From: Macrostomum lignano
Lineage: Eukaryota
NCBI GenBank assembly: GCA_002269645.1
Contig: NIVC01000282.1
Location: 496,001-560,000, forward strand
Length of the DNA: 64,000 nt
Reading direction: 5' to 3'
Shown here one piece after another: positions 1 through 11,400 of this stretch; the stretch's first letter is position 1, and every line of letters starts with the position of its first letter. The notes beneath the pieces were generated by a model. That model ran no database searches. It saw only the letters and a list, made by a program, of their open reading frames with translations, and was not told the DNA's origin. The position numbers and the translations under genes were made by a program.

Positions 1-2498
1 TATGAACACGTGCAAGAAACGATAAATTGTGACAGTGTGGTAGGAAGGACCTGTATAAAGTAAAAGTAAATTTGCAGTGCTTTTTCACAGCTATTTTTTA
101 ATAGGTCTGCGGTCCGGACGTCGGCTGATCAAATTATGTCGCATAATTATTTCGCTTTTCTATAGTATTTTCTAGTCTAATATTATGCAAATGTACATTT
201 CATGTAAGCAACTCTCCAAGTATCGTTACATGCTAGAAACTAAAAAAGGTTATGCATAAGGAAAGCAGCCCACCACAGTTACATGTAAGTTCGGGGCCCC
301 TCGGAATGTGTTAATTATACAGAGAGTCAAAACATTATAATACAGAATTATAACCGGATTATCAGTTCAGAACCATGTGACATTTAAAGCTGATTGCAAA
401 CAAAGTAAATTTGAACGCAAAAGTTAGAATAAAAAACAAAGCGACGTTGTTGAGTGACAACGCAAGCTTGCTATAACGAAAGAATATTTTCAAACGAAGC
501 TTCTAAGAAAATCACGCTTATTTTCTCATTGCTATAATTAATTAATTAGGCTTAGGCGTTCGTTCGATATAAATCTGTCAAAAGGCTTTATCTATTCCTT
601 GACCAAGAAATCAGAGCTAGGCCCCTAGCTATATTTAAAGTAACAATTTTCTTTAGAGTAATAAGTAGACCTACCTATCTTATTTATAGATGCTCATCAT
701 GGTCATGCTCTCTAAGTATGTGGCCTACCTAGCCCGCCTAGCCGCTAGCCCTACCCTAGGCTTAGGGGCCTGGCCTATGACTATGACTAGGCCTATGTAT
801 GTGTGTATGAGCTATATGCCTATGACATGTATTGGTTCGTATTCCTGGGCCTAATGCTAGGCCCAAATATATCATTGAACTAAAGCCTAAAGCTTTACTA
901 TTAACTATTTCATTTGACTAATTTTCAAGGATAACCGATAAGACATATTTTTATTTAATGGGTTTAAATACACAAGTAAATACACAGATTGTTTTTAGGC
1001 ATGAGGAAATAGAACTACAATATATTAAAACATAGTACAAAAATATTTTTTTAAGTGAAGTTAATAACTAAAAAGTATCTTACAATAGGCCTAATATTAA
1101 TTAAAATGTGTCATGGTGTGGGCATGGTATTTTTAATATTATTATTTTAAAGTAAAATTTTTATTATTTCTTATTTTTATAGTAAAAATAAATAATTTTA
1201 GGCAGTTTTTATTGTTATGGAATATGGTAAATATATAAATAACAAAATTTTTTTTATGGTTAACACATTCATATATACAATACTATCTGTGCCTATGGTC
1301 TTTACTTAATGTAACTATATAAATAGCAACTGTTATTTTTTAGGCCTAGTCACTATAGGTAGGAAGCAAAATGGCTATTTTTATGGTCATGTGGAAGAAA
1401 TTTCAGTTAAATTACAATGTAATAGTTAACAATTACAAATTACCTAAAGTTCATAGTGTGGATCATGCTAAGTGCACGCAAGAAACAACCCAAAGCTAAT
1501 TCCCAAAAGCACGCCGACGACAAGCAAATGCATGCCAATGCACGCCAATAAATTAAAATTCAAATTGAAGTCAAAAAACGTATTTTAAATTGCATTGTGA
1601 AAAACAAAGCAACAAATGATGTACAAAAGAAATGATATATCTTTAAAAACGTGTATTTCTCATACATTAATTTATTTAACAGTCTTATACACTGTTTATT
1701 TACAATAGTTTTTTTTCAAAAGTTAAATACAATAATACGTATTTTATGTCTGCTTACTATTACATTAATCAATTAATCAATCAGTTAGTCAAATCTACTA
1801 TCTCAGTCAGATGGCTCTCACATTGGTAACCAAAGTTGTTATAGATCCTTAGTAGTAAGAGACCAGAATACCAAGGACACTCAGATATACATCATACTAA
1901 AATATTTTGCAAATGATTTTCTTAAAAACTGTGTATATAAAAGTATAAATATGTATTAATTGATATTCTGAACTCAGATCAAACTTTATTTTTGTGCATT
2001 ATTGAACTCAAAATGAATATTAAATACCTAACTAAACTAAGCACTATCTGGTTCTGTTTTGATGTCTGTTTTGTTGATATAAACTAACAACTACATTAAT
2101 TTTGGGCAGTGAATCAACCAGTATTGCCACTGATTTTTTTCTAGCACTCAAAACATAAATGGATAAAGAACTGTCAGACTTTGCTTCCAGTAGCAGCAAT
2201 AACAGCAACAACAACTACAGCAGCTGTTTCAGCACTCACCCATGCAGTGGTCATAATGATCATTTGTTGCCTCTATTGGTTGTTCATGCCAATTTAGCCC
2301 AACTGCCAGGCATTCGGGCCTGCGAGCTTTAGTTTCTAGACAGTCTCCTGTCTTCTGCTGGCGCCATTGCTCATTTCTGTCAGCTTGTTGTCCTTCTAGA
2401 AGCTTTGCCTACAATTGGCGCAGCTGCTGCAGCAACCAGATCTGCATACTTTGCATCTGTATTGTTCCTTGTGCGCGATGTTCAGGTATCAATGGTGA

Positions 2499-2786
2499 TG
2501 GTGCTGGCGCCTCTGGTGCTGGCGCCTCTGGTGCTGGCGCCTCTGGTGCTGGCGCCTCTGGTGCTGGCGCCTCTGGTGCTGGCGCCTCTGGTGCTGGCGC
2601 CTCTGGTGCTGGCGCCTCTGGTGCTGGCGCCTCTGGTGCTGGCGCCTCTGGTGCTGGCGCCTCTGGTGCTGGCGCCTCTGGTGCTGGCGCCTCTGGTGCT
2701 GGCGCCTCTGGTGCTGGCGCCTCTGGTGCTGGCGCCTCTGGTGCTGGCGCCTCTGGTGCTGGCGCCTCTGGTGCTGGCGCCTCTGG
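2499..2786. repeat. Perfect 15-bp tandem repeat (GGCGCCTCTGGTGCT)n, about 19 copies
   Basis: Unit read directly; it explains the (LAPLV)n and (PEAPA)n ORFs. Confidence 0.97.
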
Positions 2787-3328
2787 CACTAAAGTATTAA
2801 TTATTAACAAAAGGATGGGTAATTTCGAATGCAAGCGACGGTAGTATGATATGGATCAAGAAAAACCCTCTCGTACACTACTACCAAAAGTAATATTAAA
2901 AGCAAACGCACCGTTCGCCAGGTGTCGCTAATCAAGGCTGGATTAAATTCGGACGCGGCAGAATTGAATAATTTATTGTCCTCGCGGTTGCTGGCCAGTC
3001 TTTTTGTTGCTTTCGACTCTCTGGCCGCGGCTACTGATGCCGCTGCTGACGTCTCTCCTCCCACTGTCGAAGCCGGCGGAAGCGGCTCTACGTCTGGTGT
3101 ACAGATGAGGCAGCCGAGAGCGCAGCCGGCCAAGGTGAAACGAGTCAGCTATGCTGGTCTGCCGCCTCCTGGCTCCAGCGCGTCCGCGGCCCCGACCACC
3201 GCTTCGGTGTCCATGACCGTGTCCTCGGTGACAGGCAGCGCTGCGCTGGACGCTTCTTCAGCGCTGTCGACTACGGAGGAGAGACTGTCCCCAGGGGACC
3301 CGTTTCTTGTTGCGGATCGTCAGGTGAG

Positions 3329-5097
3329 GCCTCCCAGATCCTCAGTGTATGGGCCAGCCTCCCAGAGTGTCAGTTGCTGGGCCAGCCTCCCAGATCCTCA
3401 GTTGCTAGGCCAGCCTCCCAGATCCTCAGTTGCTAGGCCAGCCTCCCAGATCCTCAGTGTCTGGGCCAGCCTCCCAGAGTGTCAGTGTCTGGGCCAGCCT
3501 CCCAGAGTGTCAGTTGCTGGGCCAGCCTCCCAGATCCTCTGTGTCTGGGCCAGCCTCCCAGAGTGTCAGTTGCTGGGCCAGCCTCCCAGATCCTCAGTGT
3601 CTGGGCCAGCCTCCCAGAGTGTCAGTGTCTGGGTCAGCCTCCCAGAGTGTCAGTTGCTGGGCCAGCCTCCCAGATCCTCAGTGTCTGGGCCAGCCTCCCA
3701 GAGTGTCAGTTGCTGGGCCAGCCTCCCAGATCCTCTGTGTCTGGGCCAGCCTCCCAGAGTGTCAGTTGCTAGGCCAGCCTCCCAGATCCTCAGTTGCTAG
3801 GCCAGCCTCCCAGATCCTCAGTTGCTAGGCCAGCCTCCCAGATCCTCAGTGTCTGGGCCAGCCTCCCAGAGTGTCAGTTGCTGGGCCAGCCTCCCAGATC
3901 CTCAGTTGCTAGGCCAGCCTCCCAGATCCTCAGTGTCTGGGCCAGCCTCCCAGATCCTCAGTGTCTGGGCCAACCTCCCAGAGTGTCAGTTGCTGGGCCA
4001 GCCTCCCAGATCCTCAGTTGCTAGGCCAGCCTCCCAGATCCTCAGTTGCTAGGCCAGCCTCCCAGATCCTCAGTGTCTGGGCCAGCCTCCCAGAGTGTCA
4101 GTTGCTGGGCCAGCCTCCCAGATCCTCTGTGTCTGGGCCAGCCTCCCAGAGTGTCAGTTGCTGGGCCAGCCTCCCAGATCCTCAGTGTCTGGGCCAGCCT
4201 CCCAGAGTGTCAGTGTCTGGGTCAGCCTCCCAGAGTGTCAGTTGCTGGGCCAGCCTCCCAGATCCTCAGTTGCTAGGCCAGCCTCCCAGATCCTCAGTTG
4301 CTAGGCCAGCCTCCCAGATCCTCAGTGTCTGGGCCAGCCTCCCAGAGTGTCAGTTGCTGGGCCAGCCTCCCAGATCCTCTGTGTCTGGGCCAGCCTCCCA
4401 GAGTGTCAGTTGCTGGGCCAGCCTCCCAGATCCTCAGTTGCTAGGCCAGCCTCCCAGAGTGTCAGTTGCTAGGCCAGCCTCCCAGATCCTCAGTTGCTAG
4501 GCCAGCCTCCCAGATACTCAGTGTCTGGGCCAGCCTCCCAGAGTGTCAGTTGCTGGGCCAGCCTCCCAGATCCTCAGTGTCTGGGCCAGCCTCCCAGAGT
4601 GTCAGTGTCTGGGTCAGCCTCCCAGAGTGTCAGTTGCTGGGCCAGCCTCCCAGATCCTCAGTTGCTAGGCCAGCCTCCCAGATCCTCAGTGTCTGGGCCA
4701 GCCTCCCAGAGTGTCAGTTGCTGGGCCAGCCTCCCAGATCCTCTGTGTCTGGGCCAGCCTCCCAGAGTGTCAGTTGCTGGGCCAGCCTCCCAGATCCTCA
4801 GTTGCTAGGCCAGCCTCCCAGATCCTCAGTTGCTAGGCCAGCCTCCCAGATCCTCAGTTGCTAGGCCAGCCTCCCAGATCCTCAGTGTCTGGGCCAGCCT
4901 CCCAGAGTGTCAGTTGCTGGGCCAGCCTCCCAGATCCTCAGTTGCTAGGCCAGCCTCCCAGATCCTCAGTGGCTAGGCCAGCCTCCCAGATACTCAGTGT
5001 CTGGGCCAACCTCCCAGAGTGTCAGTTGCTGGGCCAGCCTCCCAGATCCTCAGTTGCTGCGCCAACCTCCCAGAGTGTCAGTTGCTAGGCCAGCCTC
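3329..5097. repeat. 28-bp minisatellite of two related variants (CAGTGTCTGGGCCAGCCTCCCAGAGTGT / CAGTTGCTAGGCCAGCCTCCCAGATCCT) filling an intron
   Basis: About 63 units read directly; bounded by GT at 3324 and AG at 5100-5101. Confidence 0.95.
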
Positions 5098-5853
5098 TTA
5101 GATCCCCGAATTGAGCCGCAAAGAAGCACACAATAGACAAACGGCCCTCCCCTGGCCAGGTGAGCATTTACAAAGGCTTCGGCGAGTGCCTGGGCCTCAC
5201 AACCAGCCGGGTGAAGGTCCCCGGCCTGCCCTGCGGTCGCTGCTAGCTGCTGGCAGTCGAGGAGATCCAACCAGGCGGCCAGCTAGACCGACAGGGCGTC
5301 CTTCAAGCCGGCGACTTGATCGTTGAAGTCAACGAGCAGCCTGTTGACACGCCAGAAGCTCTGCGTCGGATGCTTCGCCAGCTAAGCGGCACCGTCACCT
5401 TCGGCCTGCTGACTCCACCCGTTGCAAAATCCCGACAGCAGAGGAGCGGCAGCGGCGGCGCCACGCGCCAGTACATTCGCGCCTGTTTCGACTACAAACC
5501 CGACCTGGACAGTCGGCTGGCACAGCGTCGGCGTCGGTTTGTGTCGCGTCACAAAGAGGACCAGCAGCCGCCGAAGGGTTTGCAATTCACATGCGGCGAC
5601 ATCCTTTAAGTGTTGCTTGCTGGCGAACTGGATAGCGCAGGAGGCACCGAATACTGGCTGGCTCGGCCGGTTAGTGAAGGCGCTGGAAGCGGCCAGGCTC
5701 TCTGGGGTCTGGTGCCGTCCTTGCAGACTGTCCGATCGATGGACGACGAGAACCGAAGGTTAAGCGCTCCACCGCGGATGTCCGCCTCGAATGCGTGTAA
5801 GGCTAAAGGGCTCCGCTGTTGTAGGATCTGAGGTAGTAGTAGTAGCGGCAGTC

Positions 5854-6821
5854 TGCATGATCAGAGTTGGTGTTAGCGGCAGTCTGCATGATCAGAGTTG
5901 GTGTTAGCGGTAGTCTGCATGATCAGAGTTGGTGTTAGCGGCAGTCTGCATGATCAGAGTTGGTGTTAGCGGTAGTCTGCAGGATCAGAGTTGGTGTTAG
6001 CGGCAGTCTGCATGATCAGAGTTGGTGTTAGCGGCAGTCTGCAGGATCAGAGGTAGCAGCAGTCTGCAGGATCACAGTTGGTGTTAGCGGTAGTCTGCAG
6101 GATCAGAGTTGGTGTTAGCGGTAGTCTGCAGGATCAGAGTTGGTGTTAGCGACAGTCTGCAGGATCAGAGTTGGTGCAGCGGCAGTCTGCAGGATCAGAG
6201 TTGGTGGTAGCGGCAGTCTGCAGGATCAGAGTTGGTGTTAGCGACAGTCTGCAGGATCAGAGTTGGTGCAGCGGCAGTCTGCAGGATCAGAGTTGGTGTT
6301 AGCGGCAGTCTGCAGGATCAGAGTTGGTGTTAGCGGCAGTCTGCAGGATCAGAGGTAGCAGCAGTCTGCAGGATCACAGTTGGTGTTAGCGGTAGTCTGC
6401 AGGATCAGAGTTGGTGTTAGCGGTAGTCTGCAGGATCAGAGTTGGTGTTAGCGACAGTCTGCAGGATCAGAGTTGGTGCAGCGGCAGTCTGCAGGATCAG
6501 AGTTGGTGGTAGCGGCAGTCTGCAGGATCAGAGTTGGTGTTAGCGACAGTCTGCAGGATCAGAGTTGGTGCAGCGGCAGTCTGCAGGATCAGAGTTGGTG
6601 GTAGCGGCAGTCTGCAGGATCAGAGTTGGTGCAGCGGCAGTCTGCAGGATCCGAGGTAGCAGCAGCGGCAGTCTGCAGGATCTGAGGTAGCAGCAGCGGC
6701 AGTCTGCAGGATCAGAGGTAGCGGCAGTCTGCAGGATCAGAGGTAGCCGCAGCGGCAGTCTGCAGGATCAGAGGTAGCGGCAGTCTGCAGGATCAGAGGT
6801 AGCAGCAGCGGCAGTCTGCAG
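5854..6821. repeat. 31-bp minisatellite (AGCGGCAGTCTGCAGGATCAGAGTTGGTGTT), degenerating at the 3' end
   Basis: Read directly; lies between the SH3- and GUK-coding segments. Confidence 0.93.
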
Positions 6822-7544
6822 GATGCCAGCAAAGCCAGTTTCCAACCAGAGTTGCTCAGCATTCCCGTCGCAGCATGCCGTCAGATCCCCCTCGCAGTTG
6901 CAGCTACCAGCAACATCCGTCGAGCGTCGTCAGCAGCCCTGGCCCGTTCAGCTTCGGCCAATCAGTTTCCCGCCGCGGCAGTTGCCAGACGCCAGCAGCC
7001 GCAGGCTCCAGCCAGTCAGTACTACGAGCCGGTGTCCCGCGCCCGGCCGCAGCCAGTGGCCTGTCTGGTCCTCGCCGGCCCCTCGGGCTCCGGTCGCAGT
7101 CGCCTTCAGCGTCGGCTTATGAATCGGCTGCCTGACAGATTCATAGCTGTTGACGCCGCTACTAACGACAGCAGCGGCGGTCGAAGACTACGCGAGAAGC
7201 TTCGCCGGGCCCATCTGGCTGGCGAGCTGCTGGAGCAGTCAAGCGGCCTTCGTGCCGACGCACTGGACAGAGCGGTCTCAACCGCATCGGCCAACTCCAA
7301 GACGGCTGTGCTGACTTGCCAATGCGAGACAATTCCGCGACGGCGCTGCCCTCGCTACAGGCCGCTGACTGCTGGCCGCTCTGAAGGAAGCGGAGACGTC
7401 GGGTCGGTGGGTGCCGTCAGATTGGCTGACTGAGAGTGAGTTATTTGGATGACTATGGAGAGATCGGCTACTGAAAGTAGAAATACACGGATTTGGCTAG
7501 AAAAATTTAACGATAAAAGTTGTAAAATATATTGGCCAAAAGAC

Positions 7545-7590
7545 CAGCCCCCAAGGCGCAGAGTGTACATGCCTGGCGATTAGAAAGGCG
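7545..7590 (+). mobile_element. Short fragment of SINE family B
   Basis: CCAGCCCCCAAGGCGCAGAGTGTACATGCCT..CGATTAGAAAG matches 9705-9755 and 35028-35070. Confidence 0.6.
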
Positions 7591-7994
7591 ATTACGAAAT
7601 ATTTGGTTTGCTTTTGCTCTTGTCAGACATTTCATAGCAGATTTTGTCTTTACGTTTTTATAAACTTTGGTTTTCCACCCCCATTTGCGTCATGTGATGA
7701 TAGCAGTAGTATCCAAAGCTCTATTTTGCCTATCGATTTTTATCTTCAAGTGCCAAATCCTGTGCCTCATCTGTCAATTTTGAATGCGCTCAATTAGGGT
7801 CACGTGACCTTGGTCTACGGCAATTTTGTATACAGAATGATTTTTTCTGTAATGCTTTTATTTTGGATAGCCAAAAAATGTAAACATTAACTGATTTTCC
7901 AAAAAATTTTTTAAGATTCACAATAAAATCGTTTGCCTAATACGATTATTAGAGATATTTGATTTTTTTATTTCTAAAAAGAGTAACTAAAAAC

Positions 7995-8322
7995 AGGTTG
8001 CCAATCCCGCCACTCTGCAGGAATCGAACTCTAAACCTCCACAGGGTACCTATCTTGCCACTCTGCAGGAATCGAACTCCAAACCTCCACAGAGTACCAA
8101 TCCCGCCACTCTGCAGGAATCGAACTTCAAACCTCGACAGAGTACCAATCCCGCCACTCTACAGGAATCGAACTCCAAACCTCCTCAGGTTACCAACCTC
8201 GCCACTCTACAGGAATCGAACTCCAAACCGCCACAGGGTATCAATCCCGTCACTCTACAGGAATCGAACTCCAAACCTCCACAGAGTATCAAATCCGCCA
8301 CTCTGCAGAAATCGAACTCCAA
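7995..8322. repeat. 48-bp minisatellite, about 7 copies
   Basis: Unit AATCCCGCCACTCTGCAGGAATCGAACTCCAAACCTCCACAGGGTACC; 16-aa periodicity in ORF 7959-8507. Confidence 0.9.
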
Positions 8323-8416
8323 AAATTCTACTTATCCTACGGGCAAATTCTAGGAATCAAGCCCAAGACCTTAAAAGACATCAGCCGCCTGACCTAATTT
8401 TCTGTATTTTTTGCAG

Positions 8417-11400
8417 TCAGACCAGCAGCAGAAGCAGCAGAGAGGCGGCTCTGCATCGGCGGCCTCCGACTTTTCGTCGGTGCCTCGTCGTCGTCCGCCA
8501 TCGTTGAAGGTCAACGACTGGTTGGCCGGCCTGCCCGACTTTGTCGGCTCAGCTGCCGATGATGACGACGCCAACGACTATGGCGCTCTTGCCGACGAAG
8601 TCGATCTGGACTGTCTAGCCGCTGCCCCGAACGACGTGGCGGAAGACGCTGCCGAACCGGAAGCGATGCGCAGAAGTCGCAGCGGTGGCGGACGCGGCGG
8701 CAGCCGAGGCGCATTCGACTGCTTCGCCGCTAATCCGTCAAGATTTCTAAGCCTGCTTAGCAACATGGAGAACGAGGAGGCGGACAAACTGGCCGGGCCA
8801 GTGGATCAGAACCAGCTGCTGGCTAACGCCTCGGACACGCTGATGGAGGACCTTCGGTCTATTCAGCAGTTGCAGATCAGCGACCTGTCGGGCGGCCGCA
8901 GCGGCTGCTCGGAGCTGGACCGGCTGTTTGCCGAGAAGGCCAGCAGCCAGCCGGAGCTGGTGGCGGCTATGCAGCGGCTTCAGTCGGCATCGGCTGCTTT
9001 GGTTAGCCGAGGCGATCTCAGCTTCATCCGAGAGGAAGAGTTCGATCCAGAGACTCCGCAGCAGCAGCAGCCGGACAGCCGCTGTGCGGATGAAGATCGG
9101 GATGGCAACGATGAGTACGGAGATGAGGAGAGTAGAACCAAAGTGACAGAGACTGGCTGTCAGTCCCAACTGCAGACGTCTGTGTTTGAACTGAGCGCCA
9201 TCCTTGGCGCCGTTGATCGACTGTCTACCGGGCCGTCGTCTGCTGCGGGCGCGGCGCCTGCGTCGGCAGCGTCGGCAGCAGCTCCGGCATCGACAGTCGT
9301 CGCAACGTCGGCTGCTTCGTCGGCATTTGGCGACGCGAATTCTTCGACACGAGCCGAGCGTGCGATGCACCTGGCCAGGGAGCTGCACAGAAACAAGGGC
9401 CGGTCCGCGGCGGCCGTGGCTTCCACTGCAGAGAAGGAGGACAGCATGCCGCAGCCAACGCCCAGACGGCCGGTGCCGCCGGTGTCCACTCTGCTGCTGG
9501 ACGCCACCGCCGGGGAGCCGAGCTTCAATTTGAAGGAGTCCTTCATGCGGTCTACTCCTATTCCTAGGCCGGCAGCGCTGCTGCAGAGTCAGCAGAAGTC
9601 GGCGCTTAATGCTGGGTTGGTGCCGATGTTGTGCATGCTTTCAGCGGCTACTATGCCAATATATCTAGCATGTTTTTGGGGGGGGGAGCAGCTTTAAGGT
9701 TGATAGCCAGCCCCCAAGGCGCAGAGAGTGTACATGCCTTACGATTAGAAAGTCAGGGCCGCTGTGTACACCCTGTGTGAGCGTGTGTGTATGAGTGTGT
9801 GCCTGCCTACAGTATTGACGCTCTTGAGGAGTCAGCAGAATGGGTAATATTGATACTTAGTATATCTAGCATACTGAGTTAACTGAAACTCGAGCTGTCC
9901 GATTCTCCAACTCTCCTCAGCAGCGCCCCGTTCCTGTGCCCCAACCGGCTGGCCCTGCCCGACCAGGTCCCGGTTGGCTCCTGCCATACAGCCGAGCTGA
10001 GCCTCACCAGCTGCTGCGACTGGCGAGTTGAGCTGTCAATCAGCTTAGCCTATTGCGCTGAGCAGGTTGGCAATCGATTTGTCACCCTAGCAACCGACCA
10101 GATCCCGTTTGCGCTGACGCCCCGGCTCAGTCTGGATGCTCGCTGCTCCAAGCCAGTGTTGGTGAAATTTGCGCCAAGGCGGAGCGGCTTCTACCTGGCC
10201 GAGGTGCTGGTGCAGGTGGCTTCTGGGGCATCGGCTTTGCCCGGCTGTAGTAGGACTGTCAGCTTGGAGGCTGGTGGCATCGGCCTGCGACTGGTCACGC
10301 CTAGTGGTGGCCAGGTGAGTTCGCCATGAACATGTGGCTTGTCTTTGTCTGTGGCCGAAATCTTTGCAGGTATCATTTGGGGTATTGTCACTGTGATTTA
10401 GGGTATTGTCATTGTCTGTGATCGAATTCTTTGCTGGTATTATTTGGGGTATTGTCATTGTGTGATTTGGGGTATTGTCATTGTGTGATTTGGGGTATTG
10501 TCATTGTGTGATTTTGGGTATTGTCATTGTGTGATTTTGGGTATTGTCATTGTGTGATTTTGGGTATTGTCATTGTGTGATTTGGGGTATTGTCATTTTG
10601 TGATTTTTTGTGATTGGGGTATTGTCATTGTGTGATTTTGTATGATTTAGGGGAATTGTCATTGTGTGATTTTGTGTGATTTAGGGGAATTGTCATTGTG
10701 TGATTTGGGGTATTGTCATTGTGTGATTTGGGGTATTGTCATTGTGTGATTTGGGGTATTGTCATTGTGTGATTTGGGGTATTGTCATTGTGTGATTTGG
10801 GGTATTGTCATTGTGTGATTTGGGGTATTGTCCCTATTGTTCAGCTACTAATCGTTACAAGCGCAATTGTTACTGTTTGGACAAACCCCTCAGGTGACCT
10901 TTGACCCGCCGCAGTCCGACTTGCCGGTCAAGCAGCAGCAGATGAGCCAAAGCCGGCTTGTCCAGCTGCAGAACCTCAGCCCGGAGCCGGCCACCGTTCT
11001 GGCGCTGCTCACCTGCGACAGTCAGGCTGCCGATGACGACGTCGAGTTTGCTTTCGAATCGGCTGAATCGGCCGCCGACGTCGCCGAAGTCCAAGGCGAC
11101 GGTCGCGCCATTCGCTTGACGGTGCCCGGCCACAGCCTGGCCCCGCTGCGCCTTATCTGCCGCCGACGACGCCTGGGTGACTCCGCCGCCGCCGCCGCCT
11201 TCGACAGCCGGGGCCGGCCTCCGCCGGTCACAGGCCGCTTGTCCATCCGCCTGCCGCCGGACCATCGAGATCTGCTGACTGCTCCGCTGGTGGCCTTGCC
11301 GCCTGTTGCCACCGACTCGCTGCTGAACTCCTGCCGGCGCAGCGTCGATGCCGGCTACTCTGGCAGCGCCAACAGCGAGCCGCCGCCGCTGGCTGCCACT

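Larger units (their letters stand above)
2922..7433 (+). pseudogene. MAGUK p55/MPP-like gene (PDZ-SH3-guanylate kinase-like) with in-frame stops; probable pseudogene
   Basis: One frame from 5157 reads QVSIYKGFGECLGLT...*LLAVEEIQPGGQLDRQGVLQAGDLIVEVNEQPV (PDZ), then YIRACFDYKP...GLQFTCGDIL*VL...EYWLAR...WGLVPS (SH3). 7020-7330 reads YEPVSR...CLVLAGPSGSGRSRLQRRLMNRLPDRF (GUK). In-frame TAG at 5244-5246 and TAA at 5607-5609. Donor CAG|GTGAGG at 3323/3324; acceptors at 5101 and 6821. The 5' end is uncertain. Confidence 0.7.

Noticed and set aside
1-2400. AT-rich region with recurrent TAGGCCTA-like motifs
   Set aside because: No ORF, terminal repeat or RNA structure that I can support; treated as intergenic or intronic.
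5244-5609. Stop-codon reassignment or readthrough to explain the MAGUK stops
   Set aside because: TAA, TAG and TGA all terminate other genes in the window normally, and a nearby frame offset points to decay or error.
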